Assembly (NCBI GenBank): GCA_965219445.1
Contig: CBDCNQ010000001.1
Location: 224,001 to 288,000, forward strand
Direction: 5' to 3'
Source of the DNA: Longimicrobiales bacterium
Lineage (GTDB): Bacteria; Gemmatimonadota; Gemmatimonadetes; Longimicrobiales; Gaopeijiaceae
Length of the DNA: 64,000 nt
Below the pieces are notes generated by a model. That model saw nothing but the letters and a program-made list of their open reading frames with translations, had not been told where the DNA came from and searched no databases. Below are positions 1 to 8,969 of this stretch, piece by piece. Every line of letters starts with the position of its first letter. The stretch's first letter is position 1. Made by a program: the position numbers and the translations under genes.

Positions 1-201
1 CGATACGAGATTGACGTCGTTCGATACCAGGACCTGCCTCAATCGGGTTCGGCGATCACGATCGGTGACGCACGGGTTCTCGTAGACGGTGAGGCGATCT
101 ATGAGATCAAGCGTGCCAAGGTGGGCGTGTTTCAAGACATCGACTACGCGGACTATCCGTGGCCCAGCGAGCGTTCACGGGGTGGAAGGATGGGAGAGTG
201 A
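1..201 (+). CDS. fabA: 3' part of FabA-type 3-hydroxyacyl-ACP dehydratase/isomerase (cut by window edge)
   Basis: Frame 1 reads RYEIDVVRY...IGDARVLVDGEAIYEIKRAKVGVF...*, resembling the FabA C-terminus. The stop overlaps the next start (TGATG, 199-203). Not in the ORF track. Confidence 0.7.
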   Translation, partial: RYEIDVVRYQDLPQSGSAITIGDARVLVDGEAIYEIKRAKVGVFQDIDYADYPWPSERSRGGRMGE

Positions 202-674
202 TGGCAGTCGATGTCAAAGCTGCCCGGCTGAGCCCGGAGGAAGTTCTGAAGCTCCTTCCCCAACAGGAACCGTTCCGGTTCGTGGACGAGATCCTCGAGG
301 TGGATGAGAACCATATCGTGGCGCGCTACCGTTTCCGTCCCAACGCCGACTTCTATCGGGGGCACTTTCCAGGCGACCCGATCACGCCCGGTGTGATTCT
401 GCTCGAGTCTCTGGCTCAAGTGGGGGTGGTGGCCCTCGGTATCTACATTTACGCGCTCCAATATGGGCGTGAGGGGGTGAAGACGAGGATCGCTCTTTTC
501 ACCGATGCGAACATCGATTTTTCCGGGATCGTAAAGCCCGGTGAACGGGTCACGATATCGGCTCAGAAGAAGTTTTTTCGGCGCGGTAAGCTCCGGTCCG
601 AAGCGTCCATGACCCTCGACGACGGCACGGTCGTGTGCACCGGGACGATTTCCGGCCTCGGGGTAGCGCGATGA
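201..674 (+). CDS. fabZ: FabZ-family hotdog dehydratase
   Basis: LPQQEPFRFVD, FYRGHFPGDPITPGVILLESLAQ; start taken at the ATG overlapping the upstream stop. Confidence 0.88.
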   Translation: MAVDVKAARLSPEEVLKLLPQQEPFRFVDEILEVDENHIVARYRFRPNADFYRGHFPGDPITPGVILLESLAQVGVVALGIYIYALQYGREGVKTRIALFTDANIDFSGIVKPGERVTISAQKKFFRRGKLRSEASMTLDDGTVVCTGTISGLGVAR

Positions 675-1993
675 GTGGTGATACGAGAGGCGATGGGTCA
701 GCGGCTCGGGAGAAATCAGTCCGCAGGGTCGTCGTCACGGGTCTGGGTGTGGTGGCGCCCAACGGATGTGGTCTGGAGCAGTACACAGAGGCTTTGCGAG
801 GAGGCATGTCCGGGATCCGCCACGTCCCGCTCCTCGGAGAACTGAAGTTCGGGTGCACGGTGGGCGGGATCCCTGAGGGGGTCGATGAGATCGCGGAAGC
901 GTACTTCCCGCCCGATGAGTTGCTCGCGATGAATACTAGCCATCGTTTCGGGTGCATCGCTGCGATCGACGCGTGGATGGATGCGGGCCTGGAGAGACCC
1001 GATCCGGCGGACGACCGGGTGTACTGGGAGGCTGGCGCGGTGATCGGGACGGGGATCGGTGGGCTCGACACGGCCGGTGAAAAACTCATTCCCCGGGTGG
1101 ACGCCGGGCGTGTCCGGCGGCTGGGCAGCACGATGGTCGAGCAGGTGATGGCAAGCGGCGTCTCCGCTCGGGTGGCTGGACTCCTTTCGCTCGGCAATCA
1201 GGTGACGGCCAACTCCAGCGCCTGCAGTACGGGAACCGAGGCGATCATCGAAGGCAGCCAGCGCATCCGCGCGGGGTTGGCAGACCGGATGCTCTGCGGT
1301 GGCACCGAGGGGTTCAGCCAATATGCTTGGGCCGGGTTCGATGCGATGCGAGTGCTTTGCCGTTCCCATAATGACGAGCCCGAAAAGGCGTCACGGCCCA
1401 TGAGTGCTTCTGCTGGCGGATTCGTTCCAGGCAGCGGAGCCGGAATATTGCACCTCGAGAGCCTAGAGAGTGCACAGGGACGTGGCGCTCGCATCTACAC
1501 CGAGATTCTCGGCGGCGCCATCAACTGTGGTGGCCACCGTAGCGGGGGCAGCATGACGGCTCCGAACGCTGAAGGCGTGCAGCGATGCATTCGCGCCACC
1601 GTGGCCGATGCGGCGATCGATCCGGGCGAGATCGACGCGATCAGCGGTCATCTCACGGCAACCGGAGCGGATCCAAAGGAAATCGTGTCTTGGGCCAAGG
1701 CCCTCGAGCGCTCCCCAGAGGCGCTTCCTGCGATCACATCCACGAAGTCGATGATCGGGCACGCCTTGGGAGCCGCGGGCGCGCTCGAGTCTGTCGCTTG
1801 TGTTCTAATGCTTCGCGACCGGGTCGTGCATCCTTCAATCAACTGTGAGGACGTGCATCCCGAGATCGAGCCTTATGGCGGCTCGATTCCTCACGTAGTG
1901 CGGGAAATGCCCGAGCTGAATACGATGATCAAAGCCGGCTTCGGGTTTGGAGATGTGAATGCCTGCGCCATCCTCCGCAGATGGAAGGACTAA
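671..1993 (+). CDS. beta-ketoacyl-ACP synthase (FabF/FabB family)
   Basis: RRVVVTGLG; Cys-His-His triad in SSACSTG, SGHLTAT, KSMIGHALGAAG; GFGFG; ATGA overlap with fabZ. Confidence 0.92.
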   Translation: MSGDTRGDGSAAREKSVRRVVVTGLGVVAPNGCGLEQYTEALRGGMSGIRHVPLLGELKFGCTVGGIPEGVDEIAEAYFPPDELLAMNTSHRFGCIAAIDAWMDAGLERPDPADDRVYWEAGAVIGTGIGGLDTAGEKLIPRVDAGRVRRLGSTMVEQVMASGVSARVAGLLSLGNQVTANSSACSTGTEAIIEGSQRIRAGLADRMLCGGTEGFSQYAWAGFDAMRVLCRSHNDEPEKASRPMSASAGGFVPGSGAGILHLESLESAQGRGARIYTEILGGAINCGGHRSGGSMTAPNAEGVQRCIRATVADAAIDPGEIDAISGHLTATGADPKEIVSWAKALERSPEALPAITSTKSMIGHALGAAGALESVACVLMLRDRVVHPSINCEDVHPEIEPYGGSIPHVVREMPELNTMIKAGFGFGDVNACAILRRWKD

Positions 1994-2097
1994 GCCACCC
2001 CGGGATCGGCGGGAAGAGGACACGGGCAGGGGGGCGCTCAACCGGGACCACGAGTATGTTTCGGGGGCACCCTTCACAGTTCCAGATGGGAGTACCG

Positions 2098-2346
2098 ATG
2101 ACGAGAGACGAGATCTTCGCGAAAGTAATCCAGATCGTGAAGCCCTACGCAAAGAATGAAGATGCCCTAGCTGCTGTCGCCGACGACACCAATATCCTCG
2201 AGGATCTGAAGGTGAACTCGGCCCGCCTCGTGGACATCATCCTGAATTTCGAGGATGAGTTCGACATCGAGGTCGAGGACGAGGACGCGGACGCGGTGAA
2301 TACGGTGGGGGACGCCGTGGCCCTGATTCAGGAGAAGATTTCCTGA
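2098..2346 (+). CDS. acyl carrier protein
   Basis: 82 aa, acidic; DLKVNSARLVDIILNFEDEFDIEV...TVGDAV; GGAG upstream of ATG 2098. Confidence 0.9.
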   Translation: MTRDEIFAKVIQIVKPYAKNEDALAAVADDTNILEDLKVNSARLVDIILNFEDEFDIEVEDEDADAVNTVGDAVALIQEKIS

Positions 2347-2356
2347 GGCTCGCTTT

Positions 2357-3103
2357 TTGACGTTGCTTCCGTTCAGGACCAGGGCTGCCCACGCGTTCCA
2401 GCGTGAAGTGGGCCGTCTATCCTCCGTCATCTGGGTCCTTCCGATTGCGTTCATCCTGCGCGTCCTGATGCGATATCGCATCAGGGACGTGGCCCAGATT
2501 CGGACACGATACCGGGCACTGGTGAAGAAGAGAGAGGGATCGCTCCTGATCTGCCCCAACCACCTCACCATGATGGATTCAGCCCTCATCGCCTGGGCGT
2601 TGGGCGGCAGTTGGTGGTACCTCTTCCATTACTCCCGGATTCCGTGGAACCTCCCCGAGTACAATAATTATGCTTCCCAGTGGCCCGCTCGTGTTGGGGC
2701 GTGGCTCACCAAGTGCATACCGGTCATCCGCGGGGGACGCCGAGAGGACGTCTCGAGGGTGATCAAGCGCGTACAACACCTTCTCTCGAGACGTGAGACA
2801 GCGCTGATCTTTCCAGAGGCCCGGCGCAGTCGGAGTGGAAGAGTGGAGGCCGACGCGGTAGCACACGCGGTGGGTAGAATCCTCACGTCGGTCCCGGGTT
2901 GCCAGCCACTCTGTGTGTACCTACGTGGCGATCGACAGCAAACGTGGTCGACGGTTCCGGCCCGTGGGGACTCTTTCTATATCGAGTTCGAGCTCGTCGA
3001 GCCGCATTCGGACCACAGGGGGATGCGGCGTTCTAGGGACTTCTCTCAACAGATCGTCGATCGGCTCCTAGGCATGGAGGAGGAGTATTTTGCTCGTAGG
3101 TAA
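2357..3103 (+). CDS. PlsC-like lysophospholipid acyltransferase
   Basis: NHLTMMD (NHx4D) and LIFPEARRS motifs; N-terminal hydrophobic helix. Confidence 0.85.
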   Translation: MTLLPFRTRAAHAFQREVGRLSSVIWVLPIAFILRVLMRYRIRDVAQIRTRYRALVKKREGSLLICPNHLTMMDSALIAWALGGSWWYLFHYSRIPWNLPEYNNYASQWPARVGAWLTKCIPVIRGGRREDVSRVIKRVQHLLSRRETALIFPEARRSRSGRVEADAVAHAVGRILTSVPGCQPLCVYLRGDRQQTWSTVPARGDSFYIEFELVEPHSDHRGMRRSRDFSQQIVDRLLGMEEEYFARR

Positions 3104-3689
3104 CGACGTGGTGGACCTCCGCGATCCCGCGAGCCGACCTGAGGCGCTCCACGCTCGGTTCGATACGCGTGTCTTCACCTTCGACGAACTAAGCGCCCTG
3201 AGTGCTTCGGCTTCCGTGCACGAACTCCGGTGGGCCTTTTGGGCCGCCAAAGAGAGCGCCTACAAGGTTGCCAAGAAGCTCGATGCCGCGGTCCGGTTTC
3301 TCCCAAGGGATTTCTTGGTTCGACGGGTCGCTGAGGGGCGGGCCCTAGTCATGCACGAGACCGGTCCTTTCGACGTTGGGCTAGATCGAACGGACGAGCG
3401 GATACACGCGGTCGCGACACTCGCTGCCGCCGGTACCGCCTCAAGCGCACGCCCGGTCAGGACCGGGCTTGACCGCCTGGAGGTGCCCGGTGCCGACGCG
3501 AGCCGGACCGTGAGGGAGTTGGCGTGTGCGGCTCTCAGTACGCGGATGCATCTACCGCCTGGACAGGTCCAGATTGTGGCAGACCGAGGGATTCCTGTTG
3601 CTCTTTGGCGAAACCGGAGGTTGCCGGTTGATCTATCCCTCTCCCACCACGGTCGCTTCGTGGCGTGGGCCGATGCGGAGCTGCCCTAG
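3090..3689 (+). CDS. 4'-phosphopantetheinyl transferase
   Basis: VGNDVVD, FWAAKESAYK, SLSHHG. Confidence 0.88.
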   Translation: MLVGNDVVDLRDPASRPEALHARFDTRVFTFDELSALSASASVHELRWAFWAAKESAYKVAKKLDAAVRFLPRDFLVRRVAEGRALVMHETGPFDVGLDRTDERIHAVATLAAAGTASSARPVRTGLDRLEVPGADASRTVRELACAALSTRMHLPPGQVQIVADRGIPVALWRNRRLPVDLSLSHHGRFVAWADAELP

Positions 3690-5791
3690 GAGGCGCCTGA
3701 CGGCGTAGCCTGCCGCGCGAAACGTTCCCCGAGGGCATCCAGACCACCGGGTTCTCCGATGATGGTGAGACGGTCTCCACGCTCGAGCACGGTAGCTCCC
3801 CTCGGGATCACCACGTCAGGCCCGCGGCGAACCAGGGCGATCAGGGTGCCCTCCGGCAAGAGGATGTCCTTGAGCGCCCGTCCAATAAGGGCCGCCGAGG
3901 GTCTGCCGGGCTCGAGGGTCAGCGTCAGCAGCCGGTCGTCACGAAGTATGGCCTCCTTGAGCTCCTGATGATTGGAGGCCGAGAGCCAGGCCTCCATGAA
4001 ACCCTCCTTGTCGACGTGCCCGGCGATTTGGGCCAAGATCCGTAAGTGCCGACCGGGGTCGTCCAGCGGGCTCACGAGAAAAAACACGGCTTGCACTGGC
4101 CCGGACTGATGGCTCCCGCCTTCAGTGACTTCTACATCCATCTCCATTCCCCCGCGGCAACGAACCATCGCCAGTTGGGATGATTTGATATCGGTTCGGC
4201 GTAGATGAGGGAGCGCGACCCCGTGAGAGACGGGGGTCATGCCAACGACGGTGCCCTGCAAGAAGTCCTCCCCGAGTTCCTTGGCGGAGACACCCGAAGC
4301 ATCTGCAAGATGGGCTGACGCCTGCCAGATCACGTTTTGGAATCCCGTGCCGCCGGGCGTATCGATAATGGAGGCTGCCGCCACGACCTCCTCGAAGGGA
4401 TCCGCGTCACGGAGACCCTTCTCCTTCATGATTTGGCGCAGCTCCCGGTCGAGCCCTGCGTCCCGCTGGCGGCCCAGACGTTCGAAGACGTGGAAAATCG
4501 CGCCCTCCCGGTCCACGCGTTCCCGTGCGTAGTAGTTGTACCACATGGCGCCGAAGGTGATGAGTCCACCGGTAAAGAGACTCGGAAGAAGCCCCATTTC
4601 AACGATGAGCCAGAAAGGCGCGAGCACTCCAAGAATGTGTAGCCACGGGTAGAAGGGAGACCGGTAGCGGGGATCGTACGACTCGATTCGGCTCTCCCTC
4701 ATCACGATGACGGCCAAACAGCTCAAGGCGAACATCATCAACTGGAACGCACCGGCCAGCTTCGCGATCCTGCTCGCGTCGAACACCAGGATGAAAACCA
4801 GGATCAGGCCTACCGTAGAATAGATGGCGTAGAGTGGTGCGCCGCGGGTTTGGATCTTGGAGAAAAATTTTGGCAGCACGTTGTCCCGGCTCATCGCCAG
4901 AGGGTAGCGGGAGGCGGAAAGAATGCCCGCGTTCGCGACCGACGAAAAAGCGAGCACGGCGGCGGCAGTCATCAGGATCGTTCCCCAAGGGCCGACAAGG
5001 ACGCTCGCTACGGTGGCTACTGGGGTCAGATCTCCGCCATCCTGGGCGAGGACCTCAGCCGAAACGACCCCCACCATGACCGCCGTGCCGACCGTGTAGA
5101 TGAAAACGGCGGTTCCGAAGGCGAGAAACATCCCGAGTGGGATGTTACGCTCCGGGTTTCGGACCTCTTCGGCGACACTGGCCACCTTGGTGAGGCCCAT
5201 GTAGCTGACGGTGACCAGGCCCGCAGTCGCGACGAAAGATCCAGTGGCTTGGCCGACCACGTTGTCGAAGTTCTCCAGCTCGATGTTCATCATCCCCATG
5301 CCGGTGAACCATGCGAGAAGCACTAACAGGCTCACAACCATCACCGACTGAAAGGACGTGGACTTCTTCGCTCCCAGGATGTTGACGATACCGAAGGCCA
5401 AAGCGAAACCTGCGGAAATGGGCGCGCTATTCACTTCCGGGAGGAAGAGCCTCACGTAGGCTCCGATTCCGATCAGCGCGAACGCCGACTTCAGGATCAA
5501 AGCGATCCACGTACCGAACCCTCCGACCGTCCCCATCAACGGTCCCATGCTGCGATCGAGGAAATAATACACGCCACCGGCTCGGGGCATGGCGGTGGCC
5601 AACTCGGCCATACTGACCAGACCCGGAACGATGAGGAGCCCGGCCAGCAGGTACGCCAAAGGTACGGCTGAACCGATTCCGAATGCCGCCAGCCCGGGGA
5701 GGAGGAAAAAGCCTGAGCTCAGCGTCGCCCCGGTGGCGATCGCATAGACATCGAACAGCCCCAGTTCCTTCTTTAGCTTCTGCTTCTTCAT
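3686..5791 (-). CDS. APC-family permease fused to PTS EIIA domain and C-terminal RCK_C (TrkA-C) domain
   Basis: LKKELGL...SSGFFLLPG, AEEVRNPERNIP, many TM helices; then GVALPHLR and HLRILAQIA (EIIA); then LIGRALKDILLPEGTLIALVRRG...IPRGATVLERGDRL (RCK_C). Confidence 0.87.
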   Translation of the reverse strand: MKKQKLKKELGLFDVYAIATGATLSSGFFLLPGLAAFGIGSAVPLAYLLAGLLIVPGLVSMAELATAMPRAGGVYYFLDRSMGPLMGTVGGFGTWIALILKSAFALIGIGAYVRLFLPEVNSAPISAGFALAFGIVNILGAKKSTSFQSVMVVSLLVLLAWFTGMGMMNIELENFDNVVGQATGSFVATAGLVTVSYMGLTKVASVAEEVRNPERNIPLGMFLAFGTAVFIYTVGTAVMVGVVSAEVLAQDGGDLTPVATVASVLVGPWGTILMTAAAVLAFSSVANAGILSASRYPLAMSRDNVLPKFFSKIQTRGAPLYAIYSTVGLILVFILVFDASRIAKLAGAFQLMMFALSCLAVIVMRESRIESYDPRYRSPFYPWLHILGVLAPFWLIVEMGLLPSLFTGGLITFGAMWYNYYARERVDREGAIFHVFERLGRQRDAGLDRELRQIMKEKGLRDADPFEEVVAAASIIDTPGGTGFQNVIWQASAHLADASGVSAKELGEDFLQGTVVGMTPVSHGVALPHLRRTDIKSSQLAMVRCRGGMEMDVEVTEGGSHQSGPVQAVFFLVSPLDDPGRHLRILAQIAGHVDKEGFMEAWLSASNHQELKEAILRDDRLLTLTLEPGRPSAALIGRALKDILLPEGTLIALVRRGPDVVIPRGATVLERGDRLTIIGEPGGLDALGERFARQATPSGAS

Positions 5792-6237
5792 GGCCTGAGT
5801 CCGGCGGGGTGAAAGGAACAAGAAGCAGCCTGGGCGGGCGAGTCGTCAAGAGGAAAAAGGTGGCCTGCATCATGCGGGTCGCAGGTTACCGATTCGTGCT
5901 CCGAGTGGGAAGGGACAGGGAACGCGGCCATTCACGGCACCTGTGTCGTTACGGGTCGTGCTGTCGCGGCCCTGATCGGCATTGGTTCGACAATCCTCCA
6001 CTGGGGCCGGTGATCTTGATCGTGGGCGGGAACCCGTTGGCACGGGAAGGCGAAAGAGCCCCAATTCCGCTACATTGTCCCCGCGTGCAGTTGTCCGTTC
6101 CCGGGATCAACGTCGGTAAGTACGCCTCATAGTGTTGCCCCGATGGCTGGAATCGTGACCGGCGTCACCCGAATGGTCCTGAGTCCGTCCAAGGTTCTTT
6201 AAAGCCCACTCGCCATAACTGAAAAGAGATTCCATCA

Positions 6238-7494
6238 GTGGCAAAAGTAAAGACAACATTCCGGAACATGCCCTACATGGGCGTCGCTCAGGCGATGGCC
6301 GACGCTGCGGCGTTCGGCTATAGGAGCGGACGGCCCGATTGGTGCAACCTCAGCCAGGGACAGCCTGACGTGGGCAGGATCGAGGGTGCCCCCAACCGGC
6401 TCACTTGGATCACCCTCGAGCCACATGACCATTCCTACGGTCCAGCCGGAGGCATCGATGAGCTCCGGGAAGCGGTGGCGAACCACTACAATCGTCTTTA
6501 TCGCCCAGGCGAAGATTCGAGATACAAGAAGGAAAATGTCTCGATTGGGTCGGGAGGGCGCCTCGTGCTTTCGAGGATTTTCGCTACGCTCGACGCGATT
6601 TCGATGGGGTATAAGTTCCCCGACTCGTCGTCATACCAAGACGTGTTCAACCACTATTTCGAGCGGGTCAAGCCCGTACCTGTGCAAGCCGGCCCGGATG
6701 AGTCATTCCATCTCGAACCGGCCCGGCTGGCCAAGGTCATGGCGGCTAAGAAGCTTAAAGCCTTTCTCATCGGCAACCCGTGCAATCCAACGGGTGACCT
6801 CATCCAGGGCGCGGAGCTGAAGGCCTATTTGGCGGCCGCACGCAAGAACAAGTGTACGCTCGTCATGGACGAATCCTATTCGCACTTCATTTATGAGGAG
6901 GACGGTGCCCCTGGGAGTGGGCCGGTGTCCATGGCCGCCTATGTCAGGAACGTAGAGAAGGATCCGGCGCTCATCGTCGACGGACTGAGCAAGAATTTCC
7001 GGTATCCGGGGTGGAGGCTGAGTTGGGTCGTGGGACCATCGAGTGTGATTGAGAACCTCGAGCGGGTTGCCACGGGGTTCGATGGCGGACCGAGCCTTCC
7101 CGCGCAGCGTCTGGCGATCAAGGCTTTGGATCCGGAGCGCGCGGATGAAGAGACGACCGCGGTCCGCCGCTTGTTTGCGAAGAAACGGAACGTGTTGCTG
7201 GAGGGGCTCGAAGCCCTTGGAATTCATTGTGAGCATGCGCCCTTGGGCACGTTTTATGTGTGGGCTGAACTCAGTGGCCTGCCCAAACCTCTGAAAGATG
7301 CCGAGGGGTTCTTCAAGGCCGCACTGGAGCATAAGGTGGTCACCATTCCGGGGCGGTACTTCGATGTGAACCCGGGCGGAACACACCCACCGATGAAGGA
7401 GCTCAAGAAGTGGGTTCGTTTCTCGTTCGGGCCCTCGGAGGACAAGATTACGACAGGGCTAGAGCGCCTCGGAGAGATGATCGAGAGCGGTTGA
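6238..7494 (+). CDS. PLP-dependent aminotransferase class I/II
   Basis: NPCNPTG, DESY, GLSKNFRYPGWRLSW. Confidence 0.9.
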   Translation: MAKVKTTFRNMPYMGVAQAMADAAAFGYRSGRPDWCNLSQGQPDVGRIEGAPNRLTWITLEPHDHSYGPAGGIDELREAVANHYNRLYRPGEDSRYKKENVSIGSGGRLVLSRIFATLDAISMGYKFPDSSSYQDVFNHYFERVKPVPVQAGPDESFHLEPARLAKVMAAKKLKAFLIGNPCNPTGDLIQGAELKAYLAAARKNKCTLVMDESYSHFIYEEDGAPGSGPVSMAAYVRNVEKDPALIVDGLSKNFRYPGWRLSWVVGPSSVIENLERVATGFDGGPSLPAQRLAIKALDPERADEETTAVRRLFAKKRNVLLEGLEALGIHCEHAPLGTFYVWAELSGLPKPLKDAEGFFKAALEHKVVTIPGRYFDVNPGGTHPPMKELKKWVRFSFGPSEDKITTGLERLGEMIESG

Positions 7495-7535
7495 GTCCTG
7501 CCACCGTCGGGCTCGGGCGTTCACATCGGACGGAC

Positions 7536-8558
7536 ATGTCTCTCAAACGCAGTGCCGACTGGCGGAATCGGGCCGCTGCCGAGCTGGTGTCCGGGGTTCT
7601 GAGCCGGGCCGGGATCCGTGGGAATGTGCTCGTGATGCTCGAGAATCTGCCGGAGGTCGCTACTTCAGTGAGGGAGGCCGGAGGCCGGGCTCGATCGTGG
7701 CACCGGTTCGCGCTAGAAGGTAGAAGCGCCTCTGCGTGGGCTCCGGCCGGGCCGTTCGACGCGGCCACCCTGCGACTCCCGAAGGCCAACGAAGAGTTGG
7801 ACATGGCCGTTCATGCCGCTGCGTCCGTTCTCCGGGGCGGTGCGCCCCTCTGGGTGTATGGAGCCAATGACGAGGGGGCTGGCTCGGCTGGCCGGATCAT
7901 CGAGCCTCTCATGGGTCCGGCCAAGACCGTGGCGTCCGGTGGTCGCTGCCGCGTGCTCGAGGCTGTCTGGCCGGTGGACGCGCCGAGTCCGAGAGGGACC
8001 TTCGAGGAGTGGCGCCGGTCCACGTCTTTGGAGTTTCCCGATAGTCCTCGGGAATGGATATCCTACCCCGGTGTCTTCGCCGCCGGCCGGCTTGACGCGG
8101 GGACCGGCGTGCTCCTCGATGCAATGCGGACGCTTCCGGTGACGGAACGCAGCGTCCTGGATTTCGCGTGCGGCTCCGGTGTGATCGGAGCGTTCTTATC
8201 GGCGTTGGAGCCTACCGTCCGCGTGGACTTTCTCGATGTCGATACGGTGGCGCTGGCGGCTGCGCGGGAAAATGTAGGAGGGGCTCACCTGATTCTCTCG
8301 GACGGCTTCGATGCGTTGGAAGATGAACGCTACGACCTGATAGTGAGCAACCCTCCATATCACGAAGGGAAGAGACAGACGGGTGGGGTGCTCGAACGTC
8401 TCGTTCGTGGAGCGCCGGACCATCTCGAACCCGGCGGGTCGCTGGCGCTCGTCACGCAACGGCGTCTGCCGCTGGCCGCCTTGCTGGAGTCCACTTTCAA
8501 CACCGTCGAGGTCCTGCTCGATTCCGGTCCCCATCGGGTTTGGCTCGGCAAGAAATAG
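7536..8558 (+). CDS. RsmC-like class I SAM-dependent methyltransferase
   Basis: RLPKANEEL, PGVFAAGRLDAGT, LDFACGSG, SNPPYH; start may instead be TTG 7491. Confidence 0.82.
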   Translation: MSLKRSADWRNRAAAELVSGVLSRAGIRGNVLVMLENLPEVATSVREAGGRARSWHRFALEGRSASAWAPAGPFDAATLRLPKANEELDMAVHAAASVLRGGAPLWVYGANDEGAGSAGRIIEPLMGPAKTVASGGRCRVLEAVWPVDAPSPRGTFEEWRRSTSLEFPDSPREWISYPGVFAAGRLDAGTGVLLDAMRTLPVTERSVLDFACGSGVIGAFLSALEPTVRVDFLDVDTVALAAARENVGGAHLILSDGFDALEDERYDLIVSNPPYHEGKRQTGGVLERLVRGAPDHLEPGGSLALVTQRRLPLAALLESTFNTVEVLLDSGPHRVWLGKK

Positions 8559-8724
8559 GCGATGGGGGCCGCCCGGGGCCATCGAAATTTTGCCAACACT
8601 CCGGCCGAATCGGTGTAATATTTCAACACGCACCTACATGCGCCGCAAGGCTCGCTTGTTGCGACAGAAAACGTTGGCGCTCCACAGGTCGAGCGTGACT
8701 TGGATACGTCTTGATTGAACGGGC

Positions 8725-8786
8725 CCGAAGGGTGACCATTGTACCGCAGAGAGAGCCGAAGTGTGACCATTTCACCGCCGAGAGAA
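8725..8786. repeat. two tandem 31-bp imperfect repeats, putative operator pair
   Basis: CCGAAGGGTGACCATTGTACCGCAGAGAGAG / CCGAAGTGTGACCATTTCACCGCCGAGAGAA, 26/31 identical, upstream of the oxidoreductase operon. Confidence 0.7.
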
Positions 8787-8969
8787 GCGCAGGTCCATGC
8801 CGGAGACGACCTTGTTTTCGTTGCTCGCCACGACCGGGCGATGGATGTCTCGTCCAACAATCTGAGTCGGCCTTCTGACTAAGGATCCCTGCACCTTGCG
8901 CAAACGGACCGGTACCCTAATCATGGTCGCGCAAATTCCGTGAATCGACCGCTGGAGCGGTTTTGAAAT

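Noticed and set aside
5822..6237. Riboswitch (e.g. c-di-AMP) or small ORF in the long intergenic region
   Set aside because: No recognisable riboswitch consensus by eye and the ORFs lack protein-like features; an Rfam scan would be needed.
8762..8776. CRP/FNR/Rex site
   Set aside because: The spacer between GTGA and TCAC is 5 bp, not the 6 bp these regulators use.
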